DNA of 64,000 bases from Azolla caroliniana (taxonomy: Eukaryota > Plantae > Polypodiophyta), in the NCBI GenBank assembly GCA_043228905.1, contig JBHGNT010000007.1:12896001-12960000 (forward strand). The letters run 5' to 3'. Below the pieces are notes generated by a model. The model saw nothing but the letters and a program-made list of their open reading frames with translations, was not told where the DNA came from and did no database searches. Shown here one piece after another: positions 63,345-64,000 of this stretch (position 1 is its first letter; every line of letters starts with the position of its first letter). A program made the translations under genes and the position numbers.

Positions 63345-63382
63345 GGGTTCGACGTACAAGGTACTGTCCCACGGGCGTGCCA
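63345..63382 (+). other. Sense copy of the mature tRNA-Arg(UCU) 3' end (an antisense PBS) at the PPT position
   Basis: GGGTTCGA-[13 nt]-GTCCCACGGGCGTGCCA, ending 2 nt before the 3' LTR. Confidence 0.75.
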
Positions 63383-63384
63383 TG

Positions 63385-63803
63385 TGTTACCGGCCGGCAA
63401 GGAGTCCAAAATACGGAGTGAAGGAACTAATTAAGTATAGTTGTAATAAGCATAGTGTGGACGGACGGACTGGAAACGGTATGCCGTTCCAGATCCGGAC
63501 GGATCCCGAATAGGTGCGAGAGGCACCGTTTTGTACTACGGGCCGGAAACCTATTTAAAGGCCCGGACCCCATTGTAATCACAGCGGATAATTAATAGAG
63601 CTTATGATGTTTATACTTCTGTCTTGATTTCCGTTCTGTAATCACTGTTATATCTTACGCGTGTAATTAACCAAAGCAATCTAATCGTGTAACCTACGTA
63701 AGTCGGTGTAATCGTTGAATCTTAATCCTATGCTGTAATCACCCTTTGGTGAAGTGTCTCCGTGACACCTTGTGTTAGGCCTTGTCCGGCTAAGAGAATA
63801 ACA
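63385..63803 (+). repeat. 3' LTR
   Basis: Copy of 54000-54418, followed by TSD ATGTG. Confidence 0.97.
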
Positions 63804-64000
63804 ATGTGGACATGAATTTCTCCATTCCTTTATGGAGACCTCACTCATGTATCATATAGATTGTGTACATAAATTTATTCACGTGAGAGAGGGAGTCAAG
63901 ACTTACTAATTAGAATTCCATATTTGTGGATGCCTTTATGGAAACTTGCCTCATATCTTATATAGAGTGTATATATGAATTTATGAATGCAACATGGGAA

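Larger units (their letters stand above)
54000..63803 (+). mobile_element. Full-length, very recent non-chromovirus Ty3/Gypsy element (Athila/Tat-superclade-like) with an extra 3' ORF
   Basis: LTRs 54000-54418 and 63385-63803 (TG..CA, 419 bp, one C/T difference seen); TSD ATGTG; order gag-PR-RT-RH-INT; no chromodomain and no second RNase H seen. Confidence 0.97.

Noticed and set aside
63331-63347. Canonical PPT of the intact element
   Set aside because: The purine-rich run is interrupted by CC and ends ~37 nt before the LTR edge, so it cannot define that edge in the usual way.

Overview
AT-rich eukaryotic land-plant DNA; the TE repertoire suggests a non-seed plant such as a fern, which is inference only. 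It holds one host gene, a kelch/galactose-oxidase-repeat gene (14 exons at 4595-10516, + strand, 5' exons upstream of the window). The rest is mostly nested transposable elements: several Copia elements (a three-level nest at 34.8-47.7 kb with recognisable TSDs), degenerate Gypsy elements of at least three lineages, LINE fragments, solo LTRs, a decayed Sola1/DUF7869-like DNA transposase with repeat arrays, and tRNA-His pseudogenes. The main object is a very young, full-length non-chromovirus Gypsy element at 54000-63803 (419-bp LTRs with one difference seen, ATGTG TSD). It carries gag-pol and a conserved ~900-aa extra ORF. It has no polypurine tract next to its 3' LTR; that position instead holds a sense-strand copy of the 3' end of a mature tRNA-Arg including CCA, i.e. 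an inward-facing second primer-binding site. This suggests tRNA-primed plus-strand synthesis. All family and tRNA assignments are from motif recognition and recalled sequences, not from database searches.
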